In this document: positions 12,869-25,133 of the stretch, in pieces
How positions within the stretch are numbered: the first letter of the stretch is position 1
Layout of the letters: every line of letters begins with the position of its first letter
Assembly (NCBI GenBank): GCA_002633005.1
Contig: NMRA01000219.1
Location: forward strand, 287,990 to 351,989
Origin: Phoronis australis
Taxonomy: Eukaryota; Animalia; Phoronida
Length of the DNA stretch: 64,000 nt
Direction: 5' to 3'
Notes under the pieces: model-generated
What the model saw: the letters and a program-made list of their open reading frames with translations, nothing else
Database searches by the model: none
What the model was told of the DNA's origin: nothing
Position numbers and translations under genes: made by a program

Positions 12869-13179
12869 CGATTGGAGAAGGCCTAAAACCCCACCTTTTT
12901 GTATCATTAATATAAAACGAGTTTACAAGGGTAAGAGACCAGACATATGCAGTGCGAGTTTAGCAACAAAAAATTCAATGTTTGTTCATTTCAAAACATT
13001 TATCCTATTTTGAATGATCGACCAGGTAGGTAAACACTTTCGATCGATGACGCTTATTCACCACAGTCGGAAATGTTTTAAAGGAAACAAAACGGGACAA
13101 AGGCAAAATCAATGCGCAATGTACAGTAACCTGGTTCCCGGGCCTCACAAGCTGACGTCACGGATTGCTTGTGAAGGCC

Positions 13180-16100
13180 TAGCCTGGAGTAAAATCATGT
13201 AATTATCGATTCCTTACTAGGAAAATAAACCTGAATTAACAATGGCTTCACTCTTTTCACTTGGCATTTTTTCAGTTTCATTGTTTGAACGCTTTTTATG
13301 AATTGAAAACGTCGCGAATCCTGGATTCTCCCCTGCTGTAACATCTTACAGCAGGGGATGATCCAGGATTTTGAGTTAGGGGGTAGGGGCAAGGGCAGAC
13401 TATTTTGCCCGTCAAGCATTAGCACCCCCAAGCTGCCAAATAGAATCTGGGAGAATTTTAGGCAGGGCCATGGCCCTCTTGCCGCCCCCCCCCCCTTCCC
13501 CCTANNNNNNNNNNNNNNNNNNNNNNNNNNNNNNNNNNNNNNNNNNNNNNNNNNNNNAATTTCCACCACTTCGCAGCCTACACAGTATTCATCCCCTAGA
13601 ACACCACAATTTTCAACCCTCCAGGTAGCCACGTTTCTCAAGCTCACACCCCTCACCTCGTTGACATACTAATTTTTTTCTTCCCCATTTCCCCTTTTGA
13701 GGTGGGACCCCGCCCACACAACTTGAGGGTCCTAAGCCATTCAGATCACCTTGGGTATATTCGGGGCCTCAAATTTCTCATTGGAGGTGAATTTAACCTG
13801 CGTGATTATCAAACTTAGTGGAGAATGATTGGCCATAAAGTTCGAGCATGCACTGAAAACATTAACTTCCAAGGGCATCCAGAACACCTCGGGTGTTTTT
13901 GTAACCTCAAATTTCACCTGTTGAAGTAATAAGTGAATGCTGTCTGCATGTGTGCGGACTTCAGTTTGCCTATTATTGTCAAAATTGAAAATCACGTGAC
14001 TTGCCATATTTTGGATAACGTTCATCTCCGAGAGGAGATTTGAGGCTACGAAAATACCTGAAGTGTTTCTAAGAAAAATTTGTAAATGTAAATAGGAAAA
14101 TAGCCAAGGTGCTCCAGGTGTTCCAAAGGTAAATTTGTAGCTACGAAAATACCCGAGGGGTGTTCCAAATGGGCCCTAACCTTTAGTTGTGTGCATAATC
14201 GAGTACTAGAAGAATCTCCACCCACTTAGACAGTGGCTAAAAATCATTGTTTGTGGTCCGAGGTTTAGACTTCAATAAAATTGTAGCCTAATTTTTCAAA
14301 TGCGCAATCTTTTTATAAGAGCTAATGCTAACAACTGAATCCTTTCGTAATAATTCTTGGACAGCTGTCTTTTTCACCCATTAAGCTTGAAGAAGTCGGC
14401 TCAGAGATTCCTGTTGTCAAAAATGAGTCTGGTGTCCATGGTTTTAAAAATACAGGTATCGAATTAAAACCCGTTTTGCAGTAGGAAAAGGGTACCATTT
14501 GCAGTGTTTTTAACTTTCAGAGTGAAACCCGTTGTATTCATGGGAAAAAAGTTTGATTTGGTAGGGATTTTTTCAAGCACCATTTTGAAGAGAAATTGTT
14601 TGAGAAAAATCACCCAGTTTAATGTCGTGTGTTGTATAAACCTGTGGGAGTACCCCCTTGGAATGGTTTTAAGAGGGTACTCTGAAAGCCCAAGGATGGT
14701 GGAATGAACACTATCCCTATACCTAACAATGTGTGTTAGAGATCTTGGAAAGTACAAGCACAGTTGTTGATTTCAGAATGTGCTTTTCAGATGGTGTCTT
14801 GTAGCTTCCAGATTTCCTTCGATTTAAATCCCTTTAAGTTGCCATAAATGTGTCTTATGTGAAAAACAATAAATTTTGATCTGAACAACTTACCACTATA
14901 TACAGGAATTGAAATGACTATAAGAAGAAAATTTTCCAGGTCATTTATCATTTCATAAATAGGCTTGTGTGATAAAAATATTTTTGTGTTGTAAAATTAA
15001 ACTGAAATAAATGTTTTTGCATGAGTCAAGCCAAAAAATGATGATAAAAAAGAAGCTGGAAATCAAATAAAAGGAAATAAAAACAAACAAGGAAAATTCC
15101 AAGCCTTGTATATATTCCTGTCTCAACTTGTTCCTTAGTGGACTTGGAAGAATTCAAACTTTGTTATTGCTCAAAGCCATGGTTATTGCACTAGGTCTTA
15201 AGCAATAACAAACTATCCCTCCAGCCGAAGCCAATATACCATATGTAATCTCAGTAAGGAACAGTATAAGATCAAGAGTCTAATCACGAGCACACACATG
15301 AAGATTGACATCAGACACTAGTATCCAAATCCAATGTCAATCTTCATGTGAGTGCTTGTGATTTTTGCTACTAATTTGGCCAAAAACAACATTGTTTGTA
15401 CCAGACAAATCTTATGTTCTTACATGACGGTTCTGAAAGAGTTTGGGTAAATAGCAGCTTGAAAAATGGTACAATTTGTGGATAAGGAATGTCAAAAGGG
15501 TTCATTTTTTCAACACAGTTTAGTACTTGGAGGCACTGCATGAAAAGGGGACAGGGACAGGGAAGCTAGGCAAGAACAAAACTGGAATGAGTTTCTATCA
15601 GGGGAAGGGTTTGCAATGAGGAGGGGATAGCCCTGTTGTGTGCCCACGACTGTTAATGCCCAGTCATAGTACTTCAGTCTATCGCTAAACTAAACCATAT
15701 ATTTGTAATCAATACATCAGCAAAATAAAGTTCCCGATGGTTAGATAAATTTCTTGGCATGTTGTGTGTTTTGTAGCTTATGAGTATACTATTTCTAGGA
15801 ACACATTAATGATGTCAATGTGAGGGTGTTTGCCAGTGCGAATGTTCTGAAGCATTTCACACTGCCCAACTCTTGCCACGAGGAGGCCCCCTCAGTAAGA
15901 GTCAAGTTTGTAATTTTGAAAAACTGTTCGAAAAGACCGAAATGTTGACTAAAATCACTGCTGTATTATGTAGATCATAACCACAAGAATGAAACACTAG
16001 CATGTTGCTCAAAACACTGAGCAAAACATAATGGTAATAGTAACATACAGGGCACCCTCACTTTGAGAACCAGTGTTTTCTACTGTATAACAGGAACCTG

Positions 16101-19100
16101 TTTTTCACTGAATAGCAGGCGTTAAAACTTGTTCTCAAAATTTGGATTGCCAGTGAGTGACTATTGCCTGGATAACAATCCAACCCAAGTAACGCACAAG
16201 AAACCGTCATTTTTGGTTTAGTGACAGAACTTAAAATCTTTGAAGTACCCTGAGTTCCCAATTTTGAAATGTGAGATGTTTTTGCAACTAGTAGTCATTT
16301 TAACGAACCAGGTTTTTAAAGTTCGCTTGCATACAATGTCTAACTCATGGATGCTTTGATTACAGCGAAACTTAGTAGTTTCAGAATGTTTAAGAATCAG
16401 GTTCTGAGATCTTGTTTTGCAATTAGACTGAAATTAATAGATGATTGTTGCAAACTATACAACACTTGACATCATGTGCTTATTGATGGCAATTGATGAT
16501 CCCAGCATTAGAGTCAAGAGATCGAGTAAAAGGTTTTGCTAGAAATCTTGACTTTTTACTCAAATTTTAGCTCGAATCTAGTGGTCATTAAGTACTATCT
16601 TGATCTCCCAAGAAAGTGTCCAGACTAGAAGTGACAAAAACAATTTCAAGTTCGATTTGGATTGAAAGTTTCACTCTGGAGGTGTATTCCCAAAACATGA
16701 TCACATAATCCCTTTTCAGGGTTTTAAATCAATCCATACAAGACTGGGGTGGAATCTGTTCAACCCAAAAAGCATTTAAATGCTATGTGGAGAATAATAA
16801 AACATCAGTACTAAACTGTGTTCAAAAAATGAACCCTATTGAAGTTCCTTAGCCACAAATTGTACCATTTTTCTAGCTGCTATTAGCCCAACCTCTTTTT
16901 AAAATCGTCATGGAACAATATAAGATTGGTCTGGTACAAACAATGTTGTTTTTGGCCAAATTAGTAGCAAAAATCACAAGCACTCACAAGATTGGCATTG
17001 GATTTGGATACTAGTGTCTGATGTCACTCTTCATGTGTGCGCTCGTGATTAGACTCTTGATCTCCTACTGTTCCTTACTGAGATCACATGTGGTATATTG
17101 GCTTTCGGTTGAACTGATAGTTTGTTATTGCTGAAGACCTGGTGCAATAACCATGGCTTTGAGCAATTATAATAAAGTTTGAATTCTTCCAAGTCCACTA
17201 AGGAACAAGTTGAGACAGGGATTTATACAGGGCTTGGAATTTTCCTTTTTTGTTTATATTTCCTCTTATTCGATTTCCAGCTTCTTTTTTATCATCATTT
17301 TTGGCTAACTTGATTCATGCAAAAACATTTATTTCAGTTTAATTTTACAACACAAATATATTTCTATCACACAAGCCTATTTGTGAAATGACAGATCACC
17401 TGAAAAATTTTCTTCTTATAGTCATTCCAATTCCTGTATATAGTGGTGAGTTGTTCAGATCAAAATTTATTCTTTTTCACATAAGACGCATTTATAGCTA
17501 GAAGCTAGAAGACACTATCTGATAAGCGCATTCTGAAATAACAATTGTGCTTGTACTTTCCAAGATGTTCAACACACATTGTTAGGTATAGGTGTAGGGT
17601 TCATTCCACCATCCTTGGGCTTTCAGAGTACCCTCCTAAAACCATTCCAAGGGGGTACTCCCACAAGTTTATACAAGAAACGACACTCAACTGGGTGATT
17701 TTTCTCAAACAATTTCTCTTCAAAATGGTGCTTGAAAAAATCCCTACCAAAGCAACCTTTTTCCCATGAATACAACGGGTTTCACTCTGGAAGTTAAAAA
17801 CACTGCAAATGTTACCTTTTTCCTAGCAAATGGGGTTTTAATACGATACCTGTATTTTTAAAACCTTGGATACCATACTCATTTTTGACAACAGGAATCT
17901 CTGTGCCGACTTCTTCAAGCTGAATGGGTGAAAAAGACAGCTGTCCAAGAATTACTATGAAAGGATTCAGTTGTTAGCATTAGCTCTTATAAAAAGATTG
18001 TGCATTTGAAACATTAGGCTACAATTTTATTGAAGTCCAAATCTCGGACCACAAACATAATGTTTTTTTAGCCACTGTCTAAATGGGTGGAGATTCTTCT
18101 AGTACCAGATATGCACAAAACTAAAGGTTAGGGCCCATTTGGAACACCTCTCAGGTATTTTCATAGCTCAAATTTACCCTCGGAACATCTGGAGCACCTC
18201 GGCTATTTTCCTATTTACATGTACAAATTTTTCATAGAAACACTTCAGTTATTTTCGTAGCCTCAAATATCCTCTCGTCGGAGATGAATGTTATCCAAAA
18301 TATGGCAAGTCACGTTATTTTCTATCTTGACAATAATAGGCAAACTGAAGTCTGCACACATGCAGAGAGCGTTCATCTATTCGGTGAAATTTGAGGTTAC
18401 GAAAACACCCGAGGTGTTCTGGATGCCCTTGGAAGTTAATGTTTTCAGTGCATGCTCGAACTTTATGGCCAATCATTCTCCACTAAGTTCGATAATCACG
18501 CAGGTTAAATTCACCTCCAATGCGAAGTTTGAGGCCCCGAATATACCCAAGGTGATCTGAATGGCTTAGGACCCTCAAGTTGTGTGGGGTCCCAACTAAA
18601 AAAGGGAAATGGGGAAGAAAAAATTAGCATGTCAACGAGGTGAGGGGTGTAGCTTGAGAATTTTGGCTACCTGGAGGGTCGAAAATTGTGTTGTTCTAGG
18701 AGTTGAAGACTGTGTAGGCTGCGAAGTGGTGGAAATTGGGTGCCAGCAGTGCCTACTGTAACACTGTACAAAGTCGGATAGGGGGAAAGGGGGGGGGGTG
18801 GCAAGGGGGCCATGGCCCTGCCCAATTCTTCCAGATTCCATTTTGCAGTTTGTGGGTGCAAATGTCTGACGGGCAAAATACTCTGCCCTTGCCCCACCCC
18901 CCTCCCCCTAACTCAAAATCCTGGATCATCCCCTGCTGTAAGATCTTACTAGCATGGGAGGATCCAGGATTTCGGCATGTTTTCAATTCATAAAAACCGT
19001 TCAAAAATGAAACTGAAAAATGCCAAGTGAAAAGAGTGAAGCCATTGTTAATTCAGGTTTATTTTCCTAATAAGTAATCGATAATTACATGATTTTGCTT

Positions 19101-19106
19101 CAGTTA
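13180..19106. mobile_element. Foldback-like element: ~2.3-kb inverted arms (13180-15527, 16807-19106) and ~1.28-kb non-coding spacer
   Basis: Arms align as reverse complements end to end (mirror ORFs 13741-14025/18288-18560 and 14464-14757/17545-17769); ends tagcctggagtaaaatc / gattttgcttcagtta. Confidence 0.85.
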
Positions 19107-19313
19107 TTTGGTAATATCACAATATATAAACAGCTACCTCACCAGAGTTCCCCCCGACCGCAAGCGCGATCCAGTCGCAAAATAACTTTACTCTAGGGAC
19201 ACCTAGCGACCTGATAACGTAATACCGGATGTCAGCATGCGCAGAGCAAACTTCCTGGTTAAAAATTGCCAGCTGACAGCCAATGAAAACCATCGTTCTA
19301 GTGCGCTGTACCT

Positions 19314-19903
19314 CTCGCTGGTTCCCTGCGTGCTTAGCCCAGCCAGCACGCAGGTATCACCTAGTGGCACGCGCTTTAGCATTGGTCGATGTAATCTTGG
19401 CAGTCATTGGTTAGCTTTACAACACCTTGAAAAAATGGCGGACTGTGAACGATTTTTAGCCTTGTCATGCAAGTGGCGTCGCAGCAACTATTTCGTTTCT
19501 GCAGTGATGTTTAATAGCCGCGTGCTTGAAACACATACATGCACAATAAACACACATTATGTGGCCGATTTAACCGGTGTGTTATTCATAGTGTATAAGG
19601 ACATTATCGTAAACAAAAGTCATCGACAGTAGAAAGATGCATTCCGAAAAGGCTCAGTCACAATTTCTAGGCTTCACATTTCCTGAACATAAATTTTAAG
19701 CACCGATTTGTCTGTACAACAGACCACATTTACACTTCAGTCCATCAGCCATGCCAGTTTGTTTGCGCAAAGCGCTGCCTGTTGACGAATCGACTAGCCA
19801 ATCAGAAACGCCGGTGTAAAAAAATTTACAGAGGAAATTTAAGTGATACCTGCGTGCTGGCGCGGCTACCGCCCCACCTAGCGGCACGCAGGGAACCAGC
19901 GAG
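19314..19903. mobile_element. MITE with 9-bp TSD (Mutator- or AcademH-like TSD length)
   Basis: TIR ctcgctggttccctgcgtgc / gcacgcagggaaccagcgag; gctgtacct directly repeated at 19305-19313 and 19904-19912. Confidence 0.8.
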
Positions 19904-20869
19904 GCTGTACCTGGGCCTTCACAAGCAATCCGTGACGTCAGCTTGTGAGGCCCGGGAACCAGGTTAGTATTGTCTTATGATTCACGTTTAGTTGCATTCT
20001 TAGGCATTTGAATGCATGTGAGCGTTAGAGGGCGCTGGTTCAACTTTCACATCGGCAAATAGCCACGTTACAAACTCTTTGAACTGGTGCGAAAGGCTGT
20101 AGGCTACCATAAAACTGTAGATCTATAAAACCCTTACCATCTGACACGCGCCACTTATATTGAAAAGTGGCCCTGTGGAAACATGATGAACGACACACGG
20201 AATTCACAAACACCAGGCTCTTCAAACAAACCACAGAGTCATTTACTGAAATTCATAATCAAATTATGTTCCGATAATGTTTTGCATTACTTTCTCACAC
20301 TTCTCAAAGAACTACGCGTCATTCTCTGAGGTTACATTGGTCACGAATGTTATGCACGCCTGGACAGTGACTGGGAGCCTTATTTATCAACTGCTGCAAT
20401 TTCTGTTTTGTCATCAAGAATTAATTAAGCGTTTATATCTATTACCGGCAGCAAATATTGTAATCGTTCACGAATCGGGGTAAAATTTGATTTGGTAAAA
20501 CGCCATATTTAAATCTTGACGCCAGATATCTCTTGTAGAGTTTCTTCCATCGTAGGAACACGATGTTTTTTTCGAACAATCGGTTCGTTTGCGCGTCTCA
20601 TGTCAAGACAAATTCTCCCTTCATCACTGGATTTCGTTATGGACACTAGCTGATTAACCCAACCTGTGGTCTTTTCAACTTTTTCGATAACGCCATGTTT
20701 TTCTAACTACTTCTCAATCACTTTCGCTCTCCTCTCAAACGGCAATCTACCGGCTTACATGCTGCATGTTGTATGGATCGGAATGTGTGCTCTGACATCA
20801 CGTTACAGGGAAGATTAGCATAGGCCCTGTCGTAAGGATGACACGGAAATCGTGAAGTGTTCCATTTTT

Positions 20870-21190
20870 GGGACGGTGTAGCTTAGTTGTATGAGCTCCG
20901 GACTCCTGTTTAGGAGACCCCCCGGGTTCGAATCTTGGCCTTACTCGTCGAGCACTGCACAAAATTGCCTACAACTCCTCTGAGCTTGATTTTAGTAGTG
21001 AATGTACGCAAGGGAACGAATGAGAACCTGGATATAATGCAAAGCGATTTCTGGGGCTGTGCTCAAGTTCCGCTGCGGTTGAGGCCTTGCATGAGGAGTT
21101 ACTTACCCGCTGCTAACGTATAAATCACTGCAGAACAATCACAACCGTTGTTTCAATTTAACGCTATCGAATATAACCGGAAACAACATC
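20870..21190 (+). mobile_element. tRNA-derived SINE (3' boundary uncertain)
   Basis: A-box-like tagcttagttg and B-box ggttcgaatc at tRNA-like spacing; no closing acceptor stem. Confidence 0.55.
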
Positions 21191-21364
21191 GAACGAAAAC
21201 ATGACATGATCGGACACAAATATAAAACAGATTTAATACATATAATAACGTCAAATGCATTTTTAAAACAATGAATGCAAAAGTAATCAACACTGAATAC
21301 ATATAATCTTATTAAACATAAATGTTAAAAAACATTGAATTTTGCAACACACAACACACCATAT

Positions 21365-21790
21365 GTGATAATTTTATATAGGCAAGACAACTGGGGTCTT
21401 GCAAACTAGAGTCAATGAGCATGCTCAAGACCCCAACAGTGCTCTAATTACTCACTCAGTGTTAACTTGTCATGAGATTGACTTTTCTGGAGTTAAGATA
21501 CTAGACAAAGACCCTAACAAGTTCAAGCTGTGTGTCCATGAATCTATTCACATCAAAGAGACTCATTGTGAGAGATCACTCAACAGAAATGTTGGCTCAT
21601 ATGTTTTAGAGTTATTCTGATTACTGTCTTGTCGCTTTTCAGTCCTACTCAAGCATTGTGATTCACTTTTAGTGTTTTGTTTGCATTACCGGTTATTGAC
21701 ATTGCTTTCTGACGATGGTTTTATGCCAATAAACTGAAACGTTGACTACATGGATGATGAATCACGTCTCCGATATGTTCAACTTTCTCA
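21365..21790 (+). mobile_element. Penelope-like element 3' fragment (GIY-YIG endonuclease and pLTR)
   Basis: FYIGKT..LQTRVNEH..SAL..H..HEIDF..KIL..ESIHI..LNRN.G; followed by ctgacga..gaaac hammerhead-like motif at 21709-21746. Confidence 0.8.
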
Positions 21791-21999
21791 AGTTACTATG
21801 GCCAAAAACTAGTGCTACAAACAATAAATACTTTGTAACTATCTTTCTTTCAGTTGTTGGAGTTATCATTGAAATTATGTAGTTGTTTGAAAGTCCATTT
21901 CCATATTGTGGGGAGTTTGTGTGTTAAGTCTTGGAATAATGGCTATGAATTGGAACCAAAAATCCAAAATGCCCTATTTGCTTTTAAGCAAAAAGAATT

Positions 22000-22545
22000 G
22001 ATTAATATCCCGCAGATCGAGATGCGGACTTTACCTAAACAACGACAGGCTTCGATATAATTTTAATAATAGTTTGTCTATGTGTTGCTGCGGAGACATT
22101 CAGGCAAATGCTTAATGTTTTCTTTGCATGTGCGGTATGCGGGGAGAAGAGGGTATAGCTTTTCCAGGCACTCGAGCTATACCCCGCAATATTTACAAAA
22201 AATATTCAGATATTCGTCAAATGTATAACAAAAAATTTTTTCTAAATGATTGTAAAGAATACGACCAAATGAAAATAAGTTTTTATTCGAAATAGTATCA
22301 AAATTTCTTTTTAATATTAAATCTCTTTGTATGAGTCGATGAAATTGTATACATGCAATATACCTTATCCTGCACGAAAAAGATTTATTTACATTCGTAA
22401 TCATATGCCATTGTAATCTTATGTATTTGTGTATAAAAATTATATATTGATTTCTTTGTATTTTTAACCCAGATACAATGCCTCTTGGCGCTTTCGGGGT
22501 ATTCATATTTATTGTAATGAATATTTTATTATAAACATTAAAAAT
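22000..22545 (+). mobile_element. 3' fragment of CR1/L2-group LINE (diverged relative of 31268-34953)
   Basis: Aligns to LINE C-terminus and 3' UTR, including acccagat.aatgcctcttggcgctttc..ggt stem-loop and ataaacattaaaaa tail. Confidence 0.8.
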
Positions 22546-22907
22546 TATTATCCTAAAAAAACTTCAAACTCGCTGCATAAGCTTCCAAACTAGACGCAAG
22601 TAAGCCATAATCGTCACGACATAATTAAAACCAAATGACGCCACAAATTACCTTGTGGAGAACATCATGAAGTTTCTACTTGTTCACATGAGATTTTCCG
22701 TCACTGAAAACTAGTGGAGTCACCTGGCTACTATGATATTGTTAAACCATAATGTTTAGAGAAAGTTGCTATGCTCCCCAATTTACACCAACTTAACTGG
22801 ATAAATAATAAATATCTAATGTATCACATTTTTGTCACTGGCTCCGATGTTCCGCTCTCTTGATGCTTATTGAAGCAGTCGTTCTGTATTAATTGTTCCT
22901 CTTACAG

Positions 22908-22974
22908 ATAAAAAGATTGATGGGAAGGCTTTCATTAACCTTACAAAAGATAAACTTGAAGAAATGGGCATTGC
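22908..22974 (+). CDS. SAMHD1: SAMHD1 exon 2 (SAM domain)
   Basis: cttacag|at...gc|gtaagt, 67 nt; DKKIDGKAFINLTKDKLEEMGI is a typical SAM core; not in this frame in the ORF track. Confidence 0.9.
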
Positions 22975-23559
22975 GTAAGTATAAACAGCCAAAATACTCA
23001 TTGCACGCTTTTTTGTGTTTTGTTTTTCTTGTCTTTGAGTCCAGGGATTTCCTCGGTTTTCTTCAACCTAGTTTACTTTCCATCATTAAAGAGACATTAA
23101 CGGCAAGAACAAAAATTCTTTTCTGACATCAGCCTCAGTGCGGAATTGAATCTCAGTGCATCCTCCTCGGTGTCAGTCTAACGCTCTACTGGCGAAGCTG
23201 AACTATGTCTGACCAATGTCAGAATATTTTAAGCACATTTTGCTATTTTCTCTGGATTATGGACATTTGCGCTGAAGTGACAAAATCTCCCAGGGCATTT
23301 TGAAAACCAGACAGGCAAAATTTGTCATTGGAGGAGGGGTTTATACAGGATTCCCAAAGTGGGAGTCAGAATTTTCCAAAAATTCAGACCGAAAGCGCCT
23401 TGTTCCTTGGGCCACATGCAGTGGTATACAACATCTATCAAATAGGAAAGTCCAGTTAAACGGAAATAAAAGTGTCATTGACATAAGCTAAACCTTTTAT
23501 TTGATCGATGACTTTAAAATGGATTTACATAATCCAAATTCAAGCTCATTTTTCATATC

Positions 23560-24150
23560 AAACAAAAACATTAACATATTTTATTTTACTTGCCCACTCT
23601 TTCTACAAAAATTTAGACATAGGTTTAAAACCAATTTCCATATTTATGGATCTTTCTAAAGCCTTTGATACCACTGATCACGACGTCCTCCTCAAAGAAT
23701 TAAAACATTACGGGTTAAAAAAACAAGCTTTATTGGTTTCAAAGCTCTCTTGAAAACAGAAAAAACATTTTTTCAGTCTTGATACTGTCACTTTGCCTTA
23801 CCTTGACATTGCCACAGATGTACTACAGGGATCTATTTTAGGGCCTCTCTCATCAAAAATTATCGCTCAACACAAGTAAAACTAAATTTAATCCATTTCT
23901 ATTTCCACAGAAAAAATAAACAAAGTCTCACATCCTTTTAATCCAAATTAACAACGAAATAATTAACAGAGTTCATAATTTCAAATTTTAGCTACTTTTG
24001 TAGACAGTCATCTTTCCTGGAAGACGCATTTTTCAGGAAATTACTAACATTGCGAAAACTGTGGGCATTTTCTCCATGTTGAAATACTATTTTCCCAAAT
24101 ACAGACTCCTGATGATGCACAATGCTCTTATACTGTCACATCTACACTTT
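23560..24150 (+). mobile_element. Decayed LINE RT fragment (CR1/L2/Crack group); duplicate at ~28120-28710
   Basis: SIFMDLSKAFDTTDHDVLLKELKHYG, V.QGSILGP, DSHLSWK.H with frameshifts. Confidence 0.75.
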
Positions 24151-24158
24151 TGGTATAA

Positions 24159-24635
24159 ATGCCCTTTCATATTGACTTACTCTAGAGCGTCGATGTAAAC
24201 AGCACAGTTAACTAGACCATTCATACTGGTTTCGGTTGTTAATGAACATAGAAGTAAACGGGATGTGACGCAAGGTAGCGCTGCACGCTGAGATTTGTTC
24301 AGTGTGACAATTTGGGAACATTTACATGTGCTAATTGAAATTAAATTTATTTTTAAATCAATTGGTTATTATTAGAACAAAATATAAGCAGCTATTAGTG
24401 ACGGCACTACCCTGTAATTGTTGAAGATAACAGTGGCACCTGGCGATAACTTCTATTGGACCGAAGTTAACCGTTCATACTGCACCGCAGCCTCGACGCT
24501 GCGCTGTTAAATCCACCTGTTAACTGCTATGTTAACTGGAGCTGTTAACTGCGATCCAGGACCGGAGTAAACCGTTCATACTGACCGCAACTCCCCAAAC
24601 CATGTCGACGCGTCGACGTTAGTATGAAAGGCCCT
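24159..24635. mobile_element. Harbinger-like MITE; duplicate at 28722-29198
   Basis: atgccctttcatattgac / gttagtatgaaaggccct ends; TAA on left; internal repeated accgttcatactg motifs. Confidence 0.6.
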
Positions 24636-24649
24636 TGAAAGGCCCTTAA

Positions 24650-25133
24650 AACTATGGTGTTCAATAATTGATTCAGAAGCAACTGAACAGATGTATTTCC
24701 GATGTTTGCGTTCTGCTTTCGAAATTCCTCAACCGGACACTACGATTATTCACTGTGATAATCAAGGGACTATCGCCCTCAGCAAGGAGTCACTGAAAGA
24801 GCATCAACGCACAAAACACAATGACGTGCGTTACCATTTCATACGGAGCAACGGTTGTGTGGAGTTTCAGTATGTGAACACCAAAGACAATTTGGCTGAT
24901 ATTTTTGCGAAACCGCTCTCGAAAGATGGACATTTGAGAGTCGTAGTCGCGATCCAAGAGGGGTGTTGATTAGAATCGCTCCAATGACCAGACACTATTT
25001 ATCATTATGGTCTCATGTATCACTGCTGAGCATGCAGTGTGTCTTTTCTCTTCCCTCCACGTTTCATAGCGTGTAGTTTGTAGAAGTGTATGTTATAGTT
25101 CGCAATAAATTAGTTATGGATCACAAATCAACA
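24650..25133 (+). mobile_element. Ty1/Copia 3' end: RNase H fragment, PPT and 170-bp LTR (24964-25133)
   Basis: IHCDNQGTIALSK..HQRTKHNDVRYHFIR..YVNTKDNLADIFAKPL; PPT aagaggggg; LTR TGTTGA..AATAAA..TCAACA. Confidence 0.88.

Larger units (their letters stand above)
13128..19965. mobile_element. Outer TIR element (~55-bp TIRs, 3-bp AGT TSD) enclosing nested elements
   Basis: aacctggttcccgggcctcacaagctgacgtcacggattgcttgtgaaggcc at left, exact reverse complement ending 19965; agt on both flanks. Confidence 0.85.

Noticed and set aside
20870-20945. Functional tRNA gene (also the tRNA-like start at ~6730-6790)
   Set aside because: No closed acceptor stem or clear anticodon arm and no terminator; better read as SINE heads
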